A stretch of DNA of 24,000 nt, taken from NCBI RefSeq assembly GCF_019669965.1, contig NZ_AP019781.1, forward strand, positions 1,527,092-1,551,091, in the 5' to 3' direction. Under the pieces are notes generated by a model, which worked only from the letters and a program-made list of their open reading frames with translations, had not been told where the DNA came from and did no database searches. The first letter of the stretch is position 1. Every line of letters begins with the position of its first letter. Both the position numbers and the translations under genes were made by a program. Positions 1 through 8,614 of this stretch are shown piece by piece. Source of the DNA: Methanoculleus chikugoensis (GTDB lineage Archaea; Halobacteriota; Methanomicrobia; Methanomicrobiales; Methanoculleaceae).

Positions 1-16
1 TCGTTCCTGTTGCATC

Positions 17-439
17 TTACGATCTCTCCAATGACAGAATCATGTTCAGGTCCAGCACCAGCTCGAACGGCACCGCCCGGTAACACCGCCGGAGATACGG
101 CGGCTCGTCTGACGTCCTGCTGATCCCCTCCGCGAGCCCGGACTTTTCGAGCTGCCGCAGGTAGATGGCGGCCAGCGGGCGCGATATGCCGAGCTCTTCG
201 GCGATCTCGCGGGCGTACTTCTCGTCGTCTGCAATTGCCCTGAGCACGGCAAGCCGCTGCTCATTCCCGAGCAGGGAGAGCAGCCGCGCCAGTTCGGGGA
301 GGGTGCTGAAAGATAATGTCAACAGGTGTTGATTATTTTTTACAGGTATCAATGTTGCGATCCGATGCCTTGTAATGGCCGCCCGGACTTTCATGGCAGG
401 GAACCCCCCTGTTCCGGCAGATAGGCCGCGCTCGCTCAC
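17..439 (-). CDS. ArsR/SmtB-family winged-helix transcriptional regulator
   Basis: The ORF carries a typical ArsR HTH core, LGNEQRLAVLRAIADDEKYAREIAEELGISRPLAAIYLRQLEKSGL. The first ~39 codons are AT-rich and promoter-like. An in-frame TTG at 322 would give a more typical ~101-aa protein, so the start is uncertain. Confidence 0.75.
   Translation of the reverse strand: MSERGLSAGTGGFPAMKVRAAITRHRIATLIPVKNNQHLLTLSFSTLPELARLLSLLGNEQRLAVLRAIADDEKYAREIAEELGISRPLAAIYLRQLEKSGLAEGISRTSDEPPYLRRCYRAVPFELVLDLNMILSLERS
319..332. promoter_or_regulatory. Inverted repeat TCAACA-GG-TGTTGA, possible ArsR autoregulatory operator
   Basis: Perfect 6-bp arms read directly from the sequence. It lies in the only AT-rich patch (about 310-350) of the ArsR 5' region, next to an A-rich TATA-like stretch on the minus strand. 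Confidence 0.25.
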
Positions 440-503
440 TCATCCTATCCGGCATCAGATCGTAACCTTCTTCCGGCCGGGTGTGTTCACGCGGCGCAGG
501 TGA

Positions 504-935
504 TTGGGGATGGCCGCCAACAGGGTAAGAAAGAACACACAGCCCGAGATCAACGCCCGGATCGATCGCGAGATCCTGAAGAGTCTCCGTCATTTTGCCG
601 CACAGGATAATCTCGAGATAACCAGACGTATCCGTGAACTGGACCGGGGATGGGACGTCGAGCGGGCGCTGGAGGCGAACTCGGCATCCCTAGGGGCAAC
701 GGGACTCACTCCGGCGTTCTCCGCGACTGCCGGCGGTTGATCCTGCCGGGCCTTGTCCTGCCGTTCCTGCTGCAGCATGCCGTGCAGGGGTGGTGTCCTC
801 CGCTCGAAGTCCTCCGGTGACCGGGAGAAGTACGCCCTGAAGGTACTGCGCGGCGACTCCGCGAACCTTCATCTCTCTGCCGGAGGTTCGCCGGTGCATC
901 GTACGGAGGCGGCCCTCCGGGCAGCGGATGCATGA
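504..935 (+). pseudogene. Frameshifted DUF2892/YgaP-like-TM family gene (at least 2 frameshifts)
   Basis: Frame 0 (504-740) encodes the family-typical N-terminus, ...RIRELDRGWDVERALEANSAS. The conserved membrane motif RRLILPGLVLPFLLQHAVQGWCPP is in another frame (about 701-812, ending in TGA). The conserved tail REKYALKVLRGD is back in the first frame (753-935). Family assignment is from memory of similar proteins. Confidence 0.55.
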
Positions 936-1329
936 AACAGGTAGCGGCCGGGGAGAACTTCCGGGAGGCGATATGCCGCCCCGGAATCGTCCGGTGGATC
1001 AGGAAAGGTGGGTGTAGGAGAGCCACGTTACGCGTTCTCCCCGCCGGCATCGGACCCGGCCTTTTGCGGTGATGGCATCTGCGTGGGCATCGCCCGGATC
1101 CGGGGTATTCGGGGCAATCGCGGTACATGCCTGTGAGGTTTCGGCCGGTGGATCTTCTCCGGCCCGTCGCATATGCCGGAAGCGCGACGGAGACCGGGAA
1201 GAACCGCTTCCGGCCCGATTAACGTGTTGCCCCTGCGGTGGGAATGGTTCCGCACCGGCATACAGAACTCGGGGCCGGAGAATGATATATTGTTACGGCA
1301 GCCGTGGTGGAAGCGTTGAACTGCCCGGT

Positions 1330-1983
1330 TCAATGCTTCCCGCGGATATCCCGGATATATTCAAGCGCGAGCAGCGCGTCCTCGCGTTTCCGGTCGACGG
1401 CATGTTCGTCGGCAAACGCCAGAAACCGGGTGAGGTCCTCCGGGTCCGCCTTCCCTTCCGCCGCCTCGACGACCGCATCGTAGGTCCGGTCGGGGAAGTA
1501 GAGCTCCCGGGCGGCCTCGAGGAGCCCCCGGGCTGCATCGGCGCCGATCACGTTGCACTCAAGCGCCTGCTGGATGGTCGCCCGGATGTTCACGAGCGGC
1601 TCAGAGAGCGGAATGAACGTCTCGGGGTCGAAGAGGAGCGCCACCTCGTCGTCGGCGACGAGCCTCCCCTCCCGGTAGGCCCGATAGATCTCCCCGACCC
1701 CTTCCATCCCGAGGCTGTCGAGTTCCGCGGCCCGCAGGGCTCCCATGCTGGAGGCGCCGATGACCCGCACCCCGGCCCGGAGGACGGCAAGAATCTCCCG
1801 GTGGGCGACGGCGCAGTCCTGGAAGAAGACGCCGTCGATGAGCCCGATGATCCGGGCACCGTCTTCGGCAGCCCGGGTTATGTCGCCCCGCTTTGCCGGA
1901 GGGCGGTAGTCGGCGTCGAGGATTGCCCGGGCAGTCTCGCGGTCACAGCTGGGACCGAGGAAGACGACGACTCCGCGCGTCAC
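1330..1983 (-). CDS. tfuA: TfuA-like protein (YcaO partner for peptide backbone thioamidation)
   Basis: 217-aa ORF with TfuA-typical segments VVVFLGPS, IGLIDGVFFQ and GASSMGALRAAEL. It overlaps the 3' end of the upstream ycaO by 41 nt. Confidence 0.9.
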   Translation of the reverse strand: MTRGVVVFLGPSCDRETARAILDADYRPPAKRGDITRAAEDGARIIGLIDGVFFQDCAVAHREILAVLRAGVRVIGASSMGALRAAELDSLGMEGVGEIYRAYREGRLVADDEVALLFDPETFIPLSEPLVNIRATIQQALECNVIGADAARGLLEAARELYFPDRTYDAVVEAAEGKADPEDLTRFLAFADEHAVDRKREDALLALEYIRDIRGKH

Positions 1984-3157
1984 GGCACCTCCTCCCCATT
2001 CGGTCCTGGTCCATCGCGTACATCTCGAGCCCCGGCACGATCACCCGGACGACCGGGATGCCGATCTCCGGCCGCGTGAGGTCGACCACGATCACCCGGG
2101 AGAGCCCGGCCCTCCCGAGGCGCTCGGTGACGTGGTTGATGTCGGTGAGGAAGTCGTCGCTGTCAAACGACGGCATCTCCGGGAACCGGACCGTCTCGCT
2201 CTCCGCGAACCAGTGCCGGTTCAGCCGCTTCGTCCGCTCGTACCCGATCATCTTTCTGACGTCCGCCGTATCGGTGTCTTCCCTCGCGCCGTGAATCTGC
2301 GTCAGCCTGCTCTGGGCGACCTCAGTGAGCGCCCGGAGGACCGCAATCCAGGCGCTCGTATGCGACCCCATCCCGATCGTGAGGAGCGCCGGGTCCTTGA
2401 GCACGACGTCGTCGGCCACCGCGGCCACCGTGGGGATCCCGATATCGCTCGTGATATCCTTCAGGGTCACCTCGACGCCGGCAGCTGCGAACTTCCCGAG
2501 CAGGTCGGCGGCGAGCCCGTCGTCGATCCCCTCGATCCGGGGGCCGGTATTCCGGGTCACCTCCACAAGCGACCAGGCGTCACGCTCGACCACCTCCATC
2601 AGGGCGTGGAAGGTCGCCTCCTCGAGGGTGTTTCCGGAAGCAAGTCCGTTGGTGTTGGTCCGGAAGAGGCGTCCGCAGGTCACCGGGAGGGGGTGGTAGA
2701 CCGCGTGGGCGGGAACGAGCACCTCCTCCTCCTGGACGATATCATACCCCTCAACCCAGGGGACGGCTATATCGGGCGGAACCCGATCGGGCAGGATCAG
2801 GTCCGCCGGGTCGATAGCCATCTTCCGGGCCGAGACCTCGCTGTACCGCCCGACGACCGTCTCCCGGCCATCCATCTCGCCCGAGTAGCGCTCGATCCCC
2901 TCCATCACGGCGGAGACCTCCGCCTCGATAGGAGTGGCGCCTTTCCCGTTGTAGACCGATATCGCTCCGGCCCCGGCGGTCGGCCGGATGCTCGAGAAGA
3001 CCGGGATGCCGATCCGGTCGAGGTTCGTGATGTCGGCGATCCGGGTGATCCCCGCCGCCGGGAGCTTCGCCCGCGCCAGGCGGAGCGTCTCTTCGGGCGG
3101 GATGGTGCGCTGGGTCTCGTTCGCGTAGGCCTTCCGGCACGACTGCAGCCGGATCAT
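1943..3157 (-). CDS. ycaO: YcaO-domain protein, methanogen type (McrA glycine thioamidation candidate)
   Basis: 404-aa ORF with a YcaO-domain core (GIPVFSSIRP..., VYNGKGATPIEAEVSAVMEGIERYSGE, C-terminal VPGLEMYAMD). It lies directly upstream of tfuA. Its ATG overlaps the moaE stop (ATGA at 3154-3157). Confidence 0.9.
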   Translation of the reverse strand: MIRLQSCRKAYANETQRTIPPEETLRLARAKLPAAGITRIADITNLDRIGIPVFSSIRPTAGAGAISVYNGKGATPIEAEVSAVMEGIERYSGEMDGRETVVGRYSEVSARKMAIDPADLILPDRVPPDIAVPWVEGYDIVQEEEVLVPAHAVYHPLPVTCGRLFRTNTNGLASGNTLEEATFHALMEVVERDAWSLVEVTRNTGPRIEGIDDGLAADLLGKFAAAGVEVTLKDITSDIGIPTVAAVADDVVLKDPALLTIGMGSHTSAWIAVLRALTEVAQSRLTQIHGAREDTDTADVRKMIGYERTKRLNRHWFAESETVRFPEMPSFDSDDFLTDINHVTERLGRAGLSRVIVVDLTRPEIGIPVVRVIVPGLEMYAMDQDRMGRRCRDARSRRLPRSQL

Positions 3158-3570
3158 GCATCGCCCCCGTAGGACTCGCCCGGCACCCAGCGCTCGCCGT
3201 CCTTCCCGATCTCCTTCTTCCAGATCGGCACGCTCTGTTTGATCCGCTCAAGGATGTACTCGCAGGCATCGAAAGCCTCCTTCCTATGCCCGGCGCCGAC
3301 GACGATGAGGAGGATGTTCTCCCCGACCCGGAGAGACCCGACACGGTGGACGATATCCACCGACTCGATCGGGTATTCCCGCAACGCCTCGTCGCGGATT
3401 GCCTCCAGTTCACGGACCGCAACCTCCTCGTAGACTTCCAGTTCCATCCGCTCGATACCGTCGTCGTCCCTGACGACACCGCAGAAAGTGACCAGGGCTC
3501 CCATGCCCGGCCTCTTCGCCGCCTCGATCATTGCACCCGCGTCGATGACGTCCCTGGTGATGCCAATCAT
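3154..3570 (-). CDS. moaE: Molybdopterin synthase catalytic (large) subunit MoaE
   Basis: 138-aa ORF with MoaE core motifs: VGENILLIVVGAGHRKEAFDACEYILERIKQSVPIWKKE. Confidence 0.88.
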   Translation of the reverse strand: MIGITRDVIDAGAMIEAAKRPGMGALVTFCGVVRDDDGIERMELEVYEEVAVRELEAIRDEALREYPIESVDIVHRVGSLRVGENILLIVVGAGHRKEAFDACEYILERIKQSVPIWKKEIGKDGERWVPGESYGGDA

Positions 3571-3584
3571 AACCTCATACCCCC

Positions 3585-3863
3585 TTATCCGCCCGCGACC
3601 GGCGGGAAGAGGGCGATCTCGTCCCCATCCGCAAGAACAAGAGCATCGCGGTCGATTTTTCCGATCCGCTTCCCGTTTCGCATCAGGATGACGTGCGCCC
3701 GGAGCACCCCGGTCTCGTCGAAGATTGCATCGCCCTCGTCTCCGGCACGCTCCCGGAGCGTGGCGAGAACCGCTGCCATCGTTGTCCCGTCGGGGAGATC
3801 GAGCGTCAACCCGCTCCCGAGGATCTCCCGGAACCGGGCGAACGCCTTCACCCGGATCTTCAT
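3585..3863 (-). CDS. moaD: MoaD/ThiS-family ubiquitin-like sulfur carrier (C-terminal GG)
   Basis: 92-aa ORF of beta-grasp size ending ...GDEIALFPPVAGG. Its ATG overlaps the stop of the upstream E1-like gene (ATGA at 3860-3863). Confidence 0.85.
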   Translation of the reverse strand: MKIRVKAFARFREILGSGLTLDLPDGTTMAAVLATLRERAGDEGDAIFDETGVLRAHVILMRNGKRIGKIDRDALVLADGDEIALFPPVAGG

Positions 3864-4594
3864 AGTCTCACCCCTTCACCGCAGACGGGGCAGTCCGGCC
3901 GCCGCTCCACGGCATACGTCTCAAGCGTCGTCGAACGGCCGTCCCAGATGAGGAGCCGGTCCAGCAGGAGGTCCCCGGTGCCGGTGATGTACTTGATCGC
4001 CTCGTTCGCCTGAATGAGGCCTATGATCCCCGGGGTCGTCCCGATGACCGGGAAGACCTCGGCGGGCGGGGCCTCCGGGAAGAGGCACTCAAGGCAGGCA
4101 GTCCGGCCGGGGATGATAGTCGTTGCCTGGCCGTCGAATCCCCGGATTGCGCCGTGCAGCAGGGGAACACCCGACCGGAGCGCCTCCCGGTTCAGGAGGT
4201 ACCGGGTCGGGAAGTTGTCCATCGCGTCCACGATCAGGTCGGCCTCGCCCACCAGGTCCCGGACGTTCGCCTCGTCAATCGTCGCTGCAAGGGCCTCGAC
4301 CCGGATGTCCGGGTTTGCCTCCCGGAGTTTCGCCTCCGCTGACCCGGCCTTCGGCGTACCGAGATCCCTCTCCCAGTGGAGGACCTGCCGGTTCAGGTTG
4401 GTCCGCTCCACGGTGTCCCGGTCCACAAGACGAATATCGCCGACACCGGCGACGGCAAGGTAGAGGGCGATCGGGCAGCCGAGACCCCCTGCCCCGGCGA
4501 TGAAGACCTTCGCCTTCTTCAGCCGTTCCTGCCCCTCCTCGCCGAAGAGGAGGATCTGCCGGGCGTAGCGTTCCCGTTCCCGCTCGGTGAGCAT
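3860..4594 (-). CDS. ThiF/MoeB/UbaA-type E1-like adenylyltransferase for Ubl sulfur carriers
   Basis: The track ORF runs 3860-4840, but its first 82 codons are Arg/Pro-rich and overlap iscU in another frame. The ATG at 4594 gives 244 aa starting MLTERERERYARQILLFGEEGQ. It has the GAGGLGC nucleotide loop and a CLEC...CPVC zinc site. Confidence 0.88.
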   Translation of the reverse strand: MLTERERERYARQILLFGEEGQERLKKAKVFIAGAGGLGCPIALYLAVAGVGDIRLVDRDTVERTNLNRQVLHWERDLGTPKAGSAEAKLREANPDIRVEALAATIDEANVRDLVGEADLIVDAMDNFPTRYLLNREALRSGVPLLHGAIRGFDGQATTIIPGRTACLECLFPEAPPAEVFPVIGTTPGIIGLIQANEAIKYITGTGDLLLDRLLIWDGRSTTLETYAVERRPDCPVCGEGVRL

Positions 4595-4598
4595 ACCG

Positions 4599-4988
4599 TT
4601 ATCCTCCGTTCGCGGTCGGCGTCCCGTACCGTGCCCGGTAGTCGTCGATCGCCTTGTGGATCCCCTCTTCGGCGAGAACCGAACAGTGAAGTTTCTGGGG
4701 GGGCAGCCCCTCCAGCGCCTCGGCAACCGCCCGGTTGGTGACAGCCCACGCCTCTTCGAGGGTCTTTCCCCTGACGAGTTCGGTGGCCATCGAGCTCGAC
4801 GCGATGGCGGCGGCACACCCGAAGGTCTTGAACTTTGCATCCACGATCCTGTTCTCTTCGATCCGAAGGGTTATCCGCATGATGTCGCCGCAGGCCGGGT
4901 TTCCGACCTCACCGACACCATCCGCATCCGGGATCTCCCCCATGTTCCGGGGGTTCATGAAATGATCCATGACTCGTTCGCTGTACAT
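4599..4988 (-). CDS. iscU: IscU/NifU-like Fe-S cluster scaffold
   Basis: Three scaffold cysteines sit in the motifs GNPACGD, FKTFGCAAAIASS and LHCSVLA. The ATG at 4988 (MYSERVMDHFMNPRN) is preceded by the SD-like GTGTGAT. An alternative GTG lies at 4997. Confidence 0.9.
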   Translation of the reverse strand: MYSERVMDHFMNPRNMGEIPDADGVGEVGNPACGDIMRITLRIEENRIVDAKFKTFGCAAAIASSSMATELVRGKTLEEAWAVTNRAVAEALEGLPPQKLHCSVLAEEGIHKAIDDYRARYGTPTANGG

Positions 4989-5000
4989 AGCAATCACACG

Positions 5001-6188
5001 TTATCGTTCCGGGTTGAGCGGCGACATCTTCCGCAGGCGCTCAATTACCCGGGGGAGGACGGAAAGGACGTAATCGACGTCGTCATCGGTGTTTCGGGAA
5101 CCGAGGGTGAGCCGGAGCGAGCCGTGGGCGTGCTCGTGCGGAAGGCCGCAGGCGGTCAGGACATGCGAGGGCTCAAGCGACGCTGAGGTGCAGGCGCTCC
5201 CCGTGGAGGCGGCGACTCCCAGGGTGTCGAGCGACAGAAGGATCGACTCCCCCTCGACGTAGCGGAACGCGACGTTGACGTTGTTTGCGAGCCGTTCGGT
5301 CGGGTGACCGTTCAATCGGGTGTCGGGGATCGCATCCAGGATCCCGCGGATCAACCGATCGCGCATCGCGGCGAGCCGGGGGGCCTTCGCGGGCATCTCG
5401 GCGGTCGCAAGTTCGATCGCCTTACCGAGCCCCACGATGCCGGGGACGTTCTCGGTCCCGGCCCGGCGGCCCCGCTCCTGCGCCCCGCCGTCTATGAACG
5501 TCCCGACCCGGGTCCCCTGCCGGACGTAGAGCGCTCCCGTCCCCTTCGGCCCGCCGAACTTGTGGGCCGAGAGCGAGAGGAGGTCGATCCCGAGCGCATC
5601 CACGTCGATCGGTATCGCCCCAATCGCCTGGACGGCATCGGTATGGAATGGGATGCCGTGGTCGTGTGCAATCTCCGCGATGGCACGGATCGGCTGGATC
5701 GTCCCGATCTCGTTGTTTGCGGTCATCACCGAGACGAGGATGGTCGCATCCGTGATCGCCTCCTCGACCGACGCCGGGTCGACCCGCCCGAACTCGTCGA
5801 CCGGGAGGTAGGTGACCCGGTAGCCCTGCTTCTCCAGGCTCTTGCAGGGGTGGAGAACGGCGTGGTGCTCGATTGCGGAGGTGACGATATGGTCGCCCTT
5901 CTTTTTGTTCGCTGCCGCCACCCCCTTGATCGCCCAGTTGTCAGCCTCGGTCCCCCCGGAGGTGAAGAAGATCTCATCCGTGCTCGCCCCGATCGCCGCT
6001 GCTACCCGTCCCCGCGCCCTCTCCATCGTCACCTGCGCCTCACGGGCGAGGGCATAGACCGAGGAGGGGTTCCCGAACCGTTCCGAGAAGCAGGGGAGCA
6101 TCTCTTCGACGACCTCAGGGCAGGTAGGGGTCGTCGCCGCGTGGTCCATGTAAACCGACCGTGATCGCCTGTTAACCGTAGCGTTCAC
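5001..6188 (-). CDS. iscS: Group I cysteine desulfurase (NifS/IscS type)
   Basis: Motifs VYMDHAATTP, PLP-lysine SAHKFGGPKG and active-site loop STGSACTS. The track start at 6242 is a TTG inside the palindromic operator and is unlikely. GTG at 6188 has an upstream GGGGTG SD-like element. ATG at 6149 is also possible. Confidence 0.88.
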   Translation of the reverse strand: MNATVNRRSRSVYMDHAATTPTCPEVVEEMLPCFSERFGNPSSVYALAREAQVTMERARGRVAAAIGASTDEIFFTSGGTEADNWAIKGVAAANKKKGDHIVTSAIEHHAVLHPCKSLEKQGYRVTYLPVDEFGRVDPASVEEAITDATILVSVMTANNEIGTIQPIRAIAEIAHDHGIPFHTDAVQAIGAIPIDVDALGIDLLSLSAHKFGGPKGTGALYVRQGTRVGTFIDGGAQERGRRAGTENVPGIVGLGKAIELATAEMPAKAPRLAAMRDRLIRGILDAIPDTRLNGHPTERLANNVNVAFRYVEGESILLSLDTLGVAASTGSACTSASLEPSHVLTACGLPHEHAHGSLRLTLGSRNTDDDVDYVLSVLPRVIERLRKMSPLNPER

Positions 6189-6235
6189 GCTGCACCCCAA
6201 TCCTGTACAAAGGTATTTGTCCTCCGGAACTAAAA

Positions 6236-6249
6236 TTAACAATTGTTAA
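6236..6249. promoter_or_regulatory. Operator site A: perfect palindrome TTAACAATTGTTAA
   Basis: Read directly from the sequence. It lies in the divergent gap between iscS (-) and the HTH regulator gene (+). It overlaps a TATA-like TTAATTTTAG (minus-strand sense, 6230-6239) upstream of iscS. Confidence 0.65.
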
Positions 6250-6291
6250 CATCATCGTTAGATTTGTTCAGAAACCATTAAAAGTTGTGGT

Positions 6292-6618
6292 ATGATGAAA
6301 CTCCCCTGCCAGTTGATTGTATGGAACGTATTGCCCGCAATCCGTGCGGCTATCGCGGAAGAACTGAATACTATGGGCGTTTCCCAGCTGGAGGCCGCCC
6401 GCCTCCTCGATATGACGCCGTCAGCGATCTCCCAGTACCGCACCGGGAAACGCGGGTACCGGATCGTCTTTGAGGGAGAGGTGAAAGAGTCGCTCAACCG
6501 GCTTGCACAGGACCTCCAGGCCGGCCGTGTCGACGACCTCGCCTCCCGGATATGTGAGATCTGCACGCAGATCCGCGAAGAGAATCAACTCGGCGGCTCA
6601 TGCGACGCTGAGACGTAA
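6292..6618 (+). CDS. Small HTH (XRE/COG2522-like) transcriptional regulator with C-terminal cysteines
   Basis: 108 aa. N-terminal PCQLIVWNVLPAIRAAIAEEL is followed by the HTH GVSQLEAARLLDMTPSAISQYRTGKRG. The C-terminal part has CEIC plus a further Cys (GGSC). Its stop TAA lies within the TAAGGAGG SD of the next gene. Confidence 0.75.
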   Translation: MMKLPCQLIVWNVLPAIRAAIAEELNTMGVSQLEAARLLDMTPSAISQYRTGKRGYRIVFEGEVKESLNRLAQDLQAGRVDDLASRICEICTQIREENQLGGSCDAET

Positions 6619-6632
6619 GGAGGCGTCCACCG

Positions 6633-7433
6633 GTGGAATCGAGGTGCAGCAGAGAAGCCGTCGTCGAGGCTCTCAGGGAGAAAGGCCCCATCCTCATCGC
6701 ATACTCCGGCGGCGTCGACAGCGCGCTCCTCGCCGCCCTGGCCGTCCGGGCACTCGGGAAGGATCGGGTCCGGTGTGTCCTCCTTGACTCGCCGCTTCTG
6801 CCCCGGCGAGAGATCGAGGAGGCGCGGGAGACCGCTGGCCGGCTGGACCTTCCCCTGGAGGTCGTGGCGTTCCCGATTCTTGAGGATGAGACCTTCCGGG
6901 CGAACCGGCCCGACCGCTGCTACACCTGTAAGAAAACATCGGCCCGCCTGCTGAAGGATCTGGCCCGGCGGGAAGGGATCGGCACGGTCGCAGACGGGAC
7001 GAACGCCTCCGACCCCGGCACGTACCGCCCGGGGCTTGCCGCAAGCGACGAGGAGGGCGTCTGCCACCCCCTCGCCGGGGCGGGTGCGACGAAGGATGAC
7101 GTGCGCAGGATCGCCCGCGAGTGCGGATTCCCGTTCTGGAACAAACCCTCGGCGGCCTGCCTCGCCACCCGCATCCCCTACGGGGACGAGGTCACGGAGG
7201 AGGCGCTCGCCCGGATCGAGGCGGCCGAAGAAGCGCTGCAGGACCGGGGATTCTCCCAGGTGCGGGTCCGCATGCACGGTGACGTCGCCAGGATCGAGGT
7301 GCCGTGCGACGCGATAGAGAGGCTCTTTTCCATGCGAAATGTTGTGACGGCCGCACTCCGCGCGATCGGCTTCGCCTATGTCGCCCTGGACCTCGCCGGG
7401 TACCGGAGCGGGAGTATGGATGAGGTCTTATGA
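6633..7433 (+). CDS. larE: LarE-family PP-loop ATP-dependent sulfur transferase (three-Cys variant)
   Basis: PP-loop AYSGGVDS, motifs CYTCK and SAACLATR, and the C-terminal LDLAGYRSGSMDE typical of LarE/TIGR00268-like proteins. The GTG start lies 9 nt after GGAGG. Confidence 0.8.
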   Translation: MESRCSREAVVEALREKGPILIAYSGGVDSALLAALAVRALGKDRVRCVLLDSPLLPRREIEEARETAGRLDLPLEVVAFPILEDETFRANRPDRCYTCKKTSARLLKDLARREGIGTVADGTNASDPGTYRPGLAASDEEGVCHPLAGAGATKDDVRRIARECGFPFWNKPSAACLATRIPYGDEVTEEALARIEAAEEALQDRGFSQVRVRMHGDVARIEVPCDAIERLFSMRNVVTAALRAIGFAYVALDLAGYRSGSMDEVL

Positions 7434-8614
7434 CCATTGAAGACTGTAGAGCGGATTTTCCGATCACCCGCGACCTCATCTACCTGGACAGCGCCGCAAC
7501 GGCGCTCACCCCGAAGCCGGTGGTCCAGGCGATGGTCGAGTACGACCTGCGATACCGGGCAAACGTCGGGAGGGGCGTGCACCGGCTCGCCGCGGTCGCC
7601 ACCCACCGCTACCGGGACGCCCGCGACGCTATAAAGTCGTTCATCGGCGGAGAGAGCGGCACCCTTGCTGTCACCCGGAACACCACCGAGGCGATCGGGG
7701 CGGTCGTCAACGGCCTCGACTGGCGCCGGGGCGACCGGGTGGCGACGACACTCCTCGAACACCACTCCAACCTCCTTCCCTGGCTCCGGCTCCGCGAGCG
7801 GGGAGTCGCGGTAGATATCGTCCGGCCGGACGCCGGGGGCAGCCTCGACCTCGCCGACCTGGAGGCTGCCGTCCGCGACGACACCCGGCTCGTCGCCGTC
7901 ACCCACGCCTCGAACGTCCTCGGCACCGTCCTTCCCGTCCGGGAGATTGCCGGGATCTGCCGCGACCGGGGTGCGCGGCTCCTCGTCGACGGCGCCCAGT
8001 CGGCCCCGCACATCCCGGTCGACGTCGCCGCCATCGGGTGCGACTACTTCTGTTTCTCGGGCCACAAGATGCTCGGCCCGACCGGGACAGGCGGGCTCTG
8101 GATGCGCGAGCCGGACCTCGAACCCCTCTTCGTCGGGGGCGGTTCGATCGAGAGCGCGACGGCGGACGGCTACATCCTCGCTCCCGGCGAAGAGCGCTAC
8201 GAGGCGGGAACGCCGCCGGTCGCCGGCACCATCGGGCTTGCACGGGCGGCGGCGTACCTCCGGGAGATCGGGATGGAGACGGTGCGGCGGCACGAGGAGC
8301 GACTCGCCGCCCGGCTGATCGACGGGCTCGCGGCGCTCGACGGGGTTACGGTCGCCGGCCCGGACGCGCCCGGCGACCGGATCGGCGTCGTCTCGTTCAC
8401 GGTCGAGGGGATGCACCCGCACGAGGTGGCGCAGGTCCTCGACGAGGCCGCCGCCGTCCTGGTCCGGTCGGGGCACCACTGCTGCCAGCCGCTCATGGAG
8501 CACCTCGACCTCCCGGACGGGACGGTGCGGGCGAGCGCCTACGTCTACACCACAACGGAGGAGATTGATACGCTGATAGCCACCGTCGAAGAGATCGCCC
8601 GGAGGGCGATCTGA
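7430..8614 (+). CDS. Group II (SufS/CsdA-like) cysteine desulfurase
   Basis: 394 aa with LDSAATALTP, HASNVLG, PLP-lysine FSGHKMLGPTGTGGL and active site RSGHHCCQP. Its ATG overlaps the larE stop (ATGA). Confidence 0.85.
   Translation: MTIEDCRADFPITRDLIYLDSAATALTPKPVVQAMVEYDLRYRANVGRGVHRLAAVATHRYRDARDAIKSFIGGESGTLAVTRNTTEAIGAVVNGLDWRRGDRVATTLLEHHSNLLPWLRLRERGVAVDIVRPDAGGSLDLADLEAAVRDDTRLVAVTHASNVLGTVLPVREIAGICRDRGARLLVDGAQSAPHIPVDVAAIGCDYFCFSGHKMLGPTGTGGLWMREPDLEPLFVGGGSIESATADGYILAPGEERYEAGTPPVAGTIGLARAAAYLREIGMETVRRHEERLAARLIDGLAALDGVTVAGPDAPGDRIGVVSFTVEGMHPHEVAQVLDEAAAVLVRSGHHCCQPLMEHLDLPDGTVRASAYVYTTTEEIDTLIATVEEIARRAI

Noticed and set aside
232-237. A CAATTG core inside the ArsR gene
   Set aside because: Its flanks (TCTGCAATTGCCCT) lack the TTAA/TTAA arms of the operator, and it lies within the conserved coding sequence.
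1069-3172. Long plus-strand ORFs (1069-2079, 336 aa; 2132-3172, 346 aa) opposite tfuA and ycaO
   Set aside because: They are antisense shadow ORFs typical of GC-rich DNA, with Arg/Pro/Gly-rich, low-complexity translations. The opposite strand encodes clearly recognisable TfuA and YcaO.
4599-4607. IscU also ends in Gly-Gly (…TANGG), like the two Ubl sulfur carriers
   Set aside because: IscU is not a beta-grasp protein and is not known to be C-terminally activated. With only one such example, coincidence is the simpler explanation.
4595-4840. An 82-codon N-terminal extension of the thiF/moeB-like ORF
   Set aside because: It overlaps iscU in a different frame and is Arg/Pro/Ser-rich. The conserved E1 N-terminus (MLTERERERYARQILL) begins at the ATG at 4594, 4 nt after the iscU stop.
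5304-6164. 286-aa plus-strand ORF opposite iscS, and similar shadow ORFs at 6585-7277(-), 7376-8503(-), 8545-9444(-), 15149-16264(+), 15876-17045(+), 17714-18775(-), 19516-20424(-) and 20935-21561(-)
   Set aside because: Each lies antisense to a gene with strong family motifs. Their compositions (runs of R, P, G, D) look non-protein-like, and no motifs were recognised.
6170-6176. Isolated operator half-sites such as TGTTAAC at 6170-6176, ATTGTTAC near 1289 and TTAACGTTGTAA at 17764-17775
   Set aside because: They are single half-sites or imperfect, non-palindromic matches. Such short AT-rich hexamers or heptamers are expected by chance.
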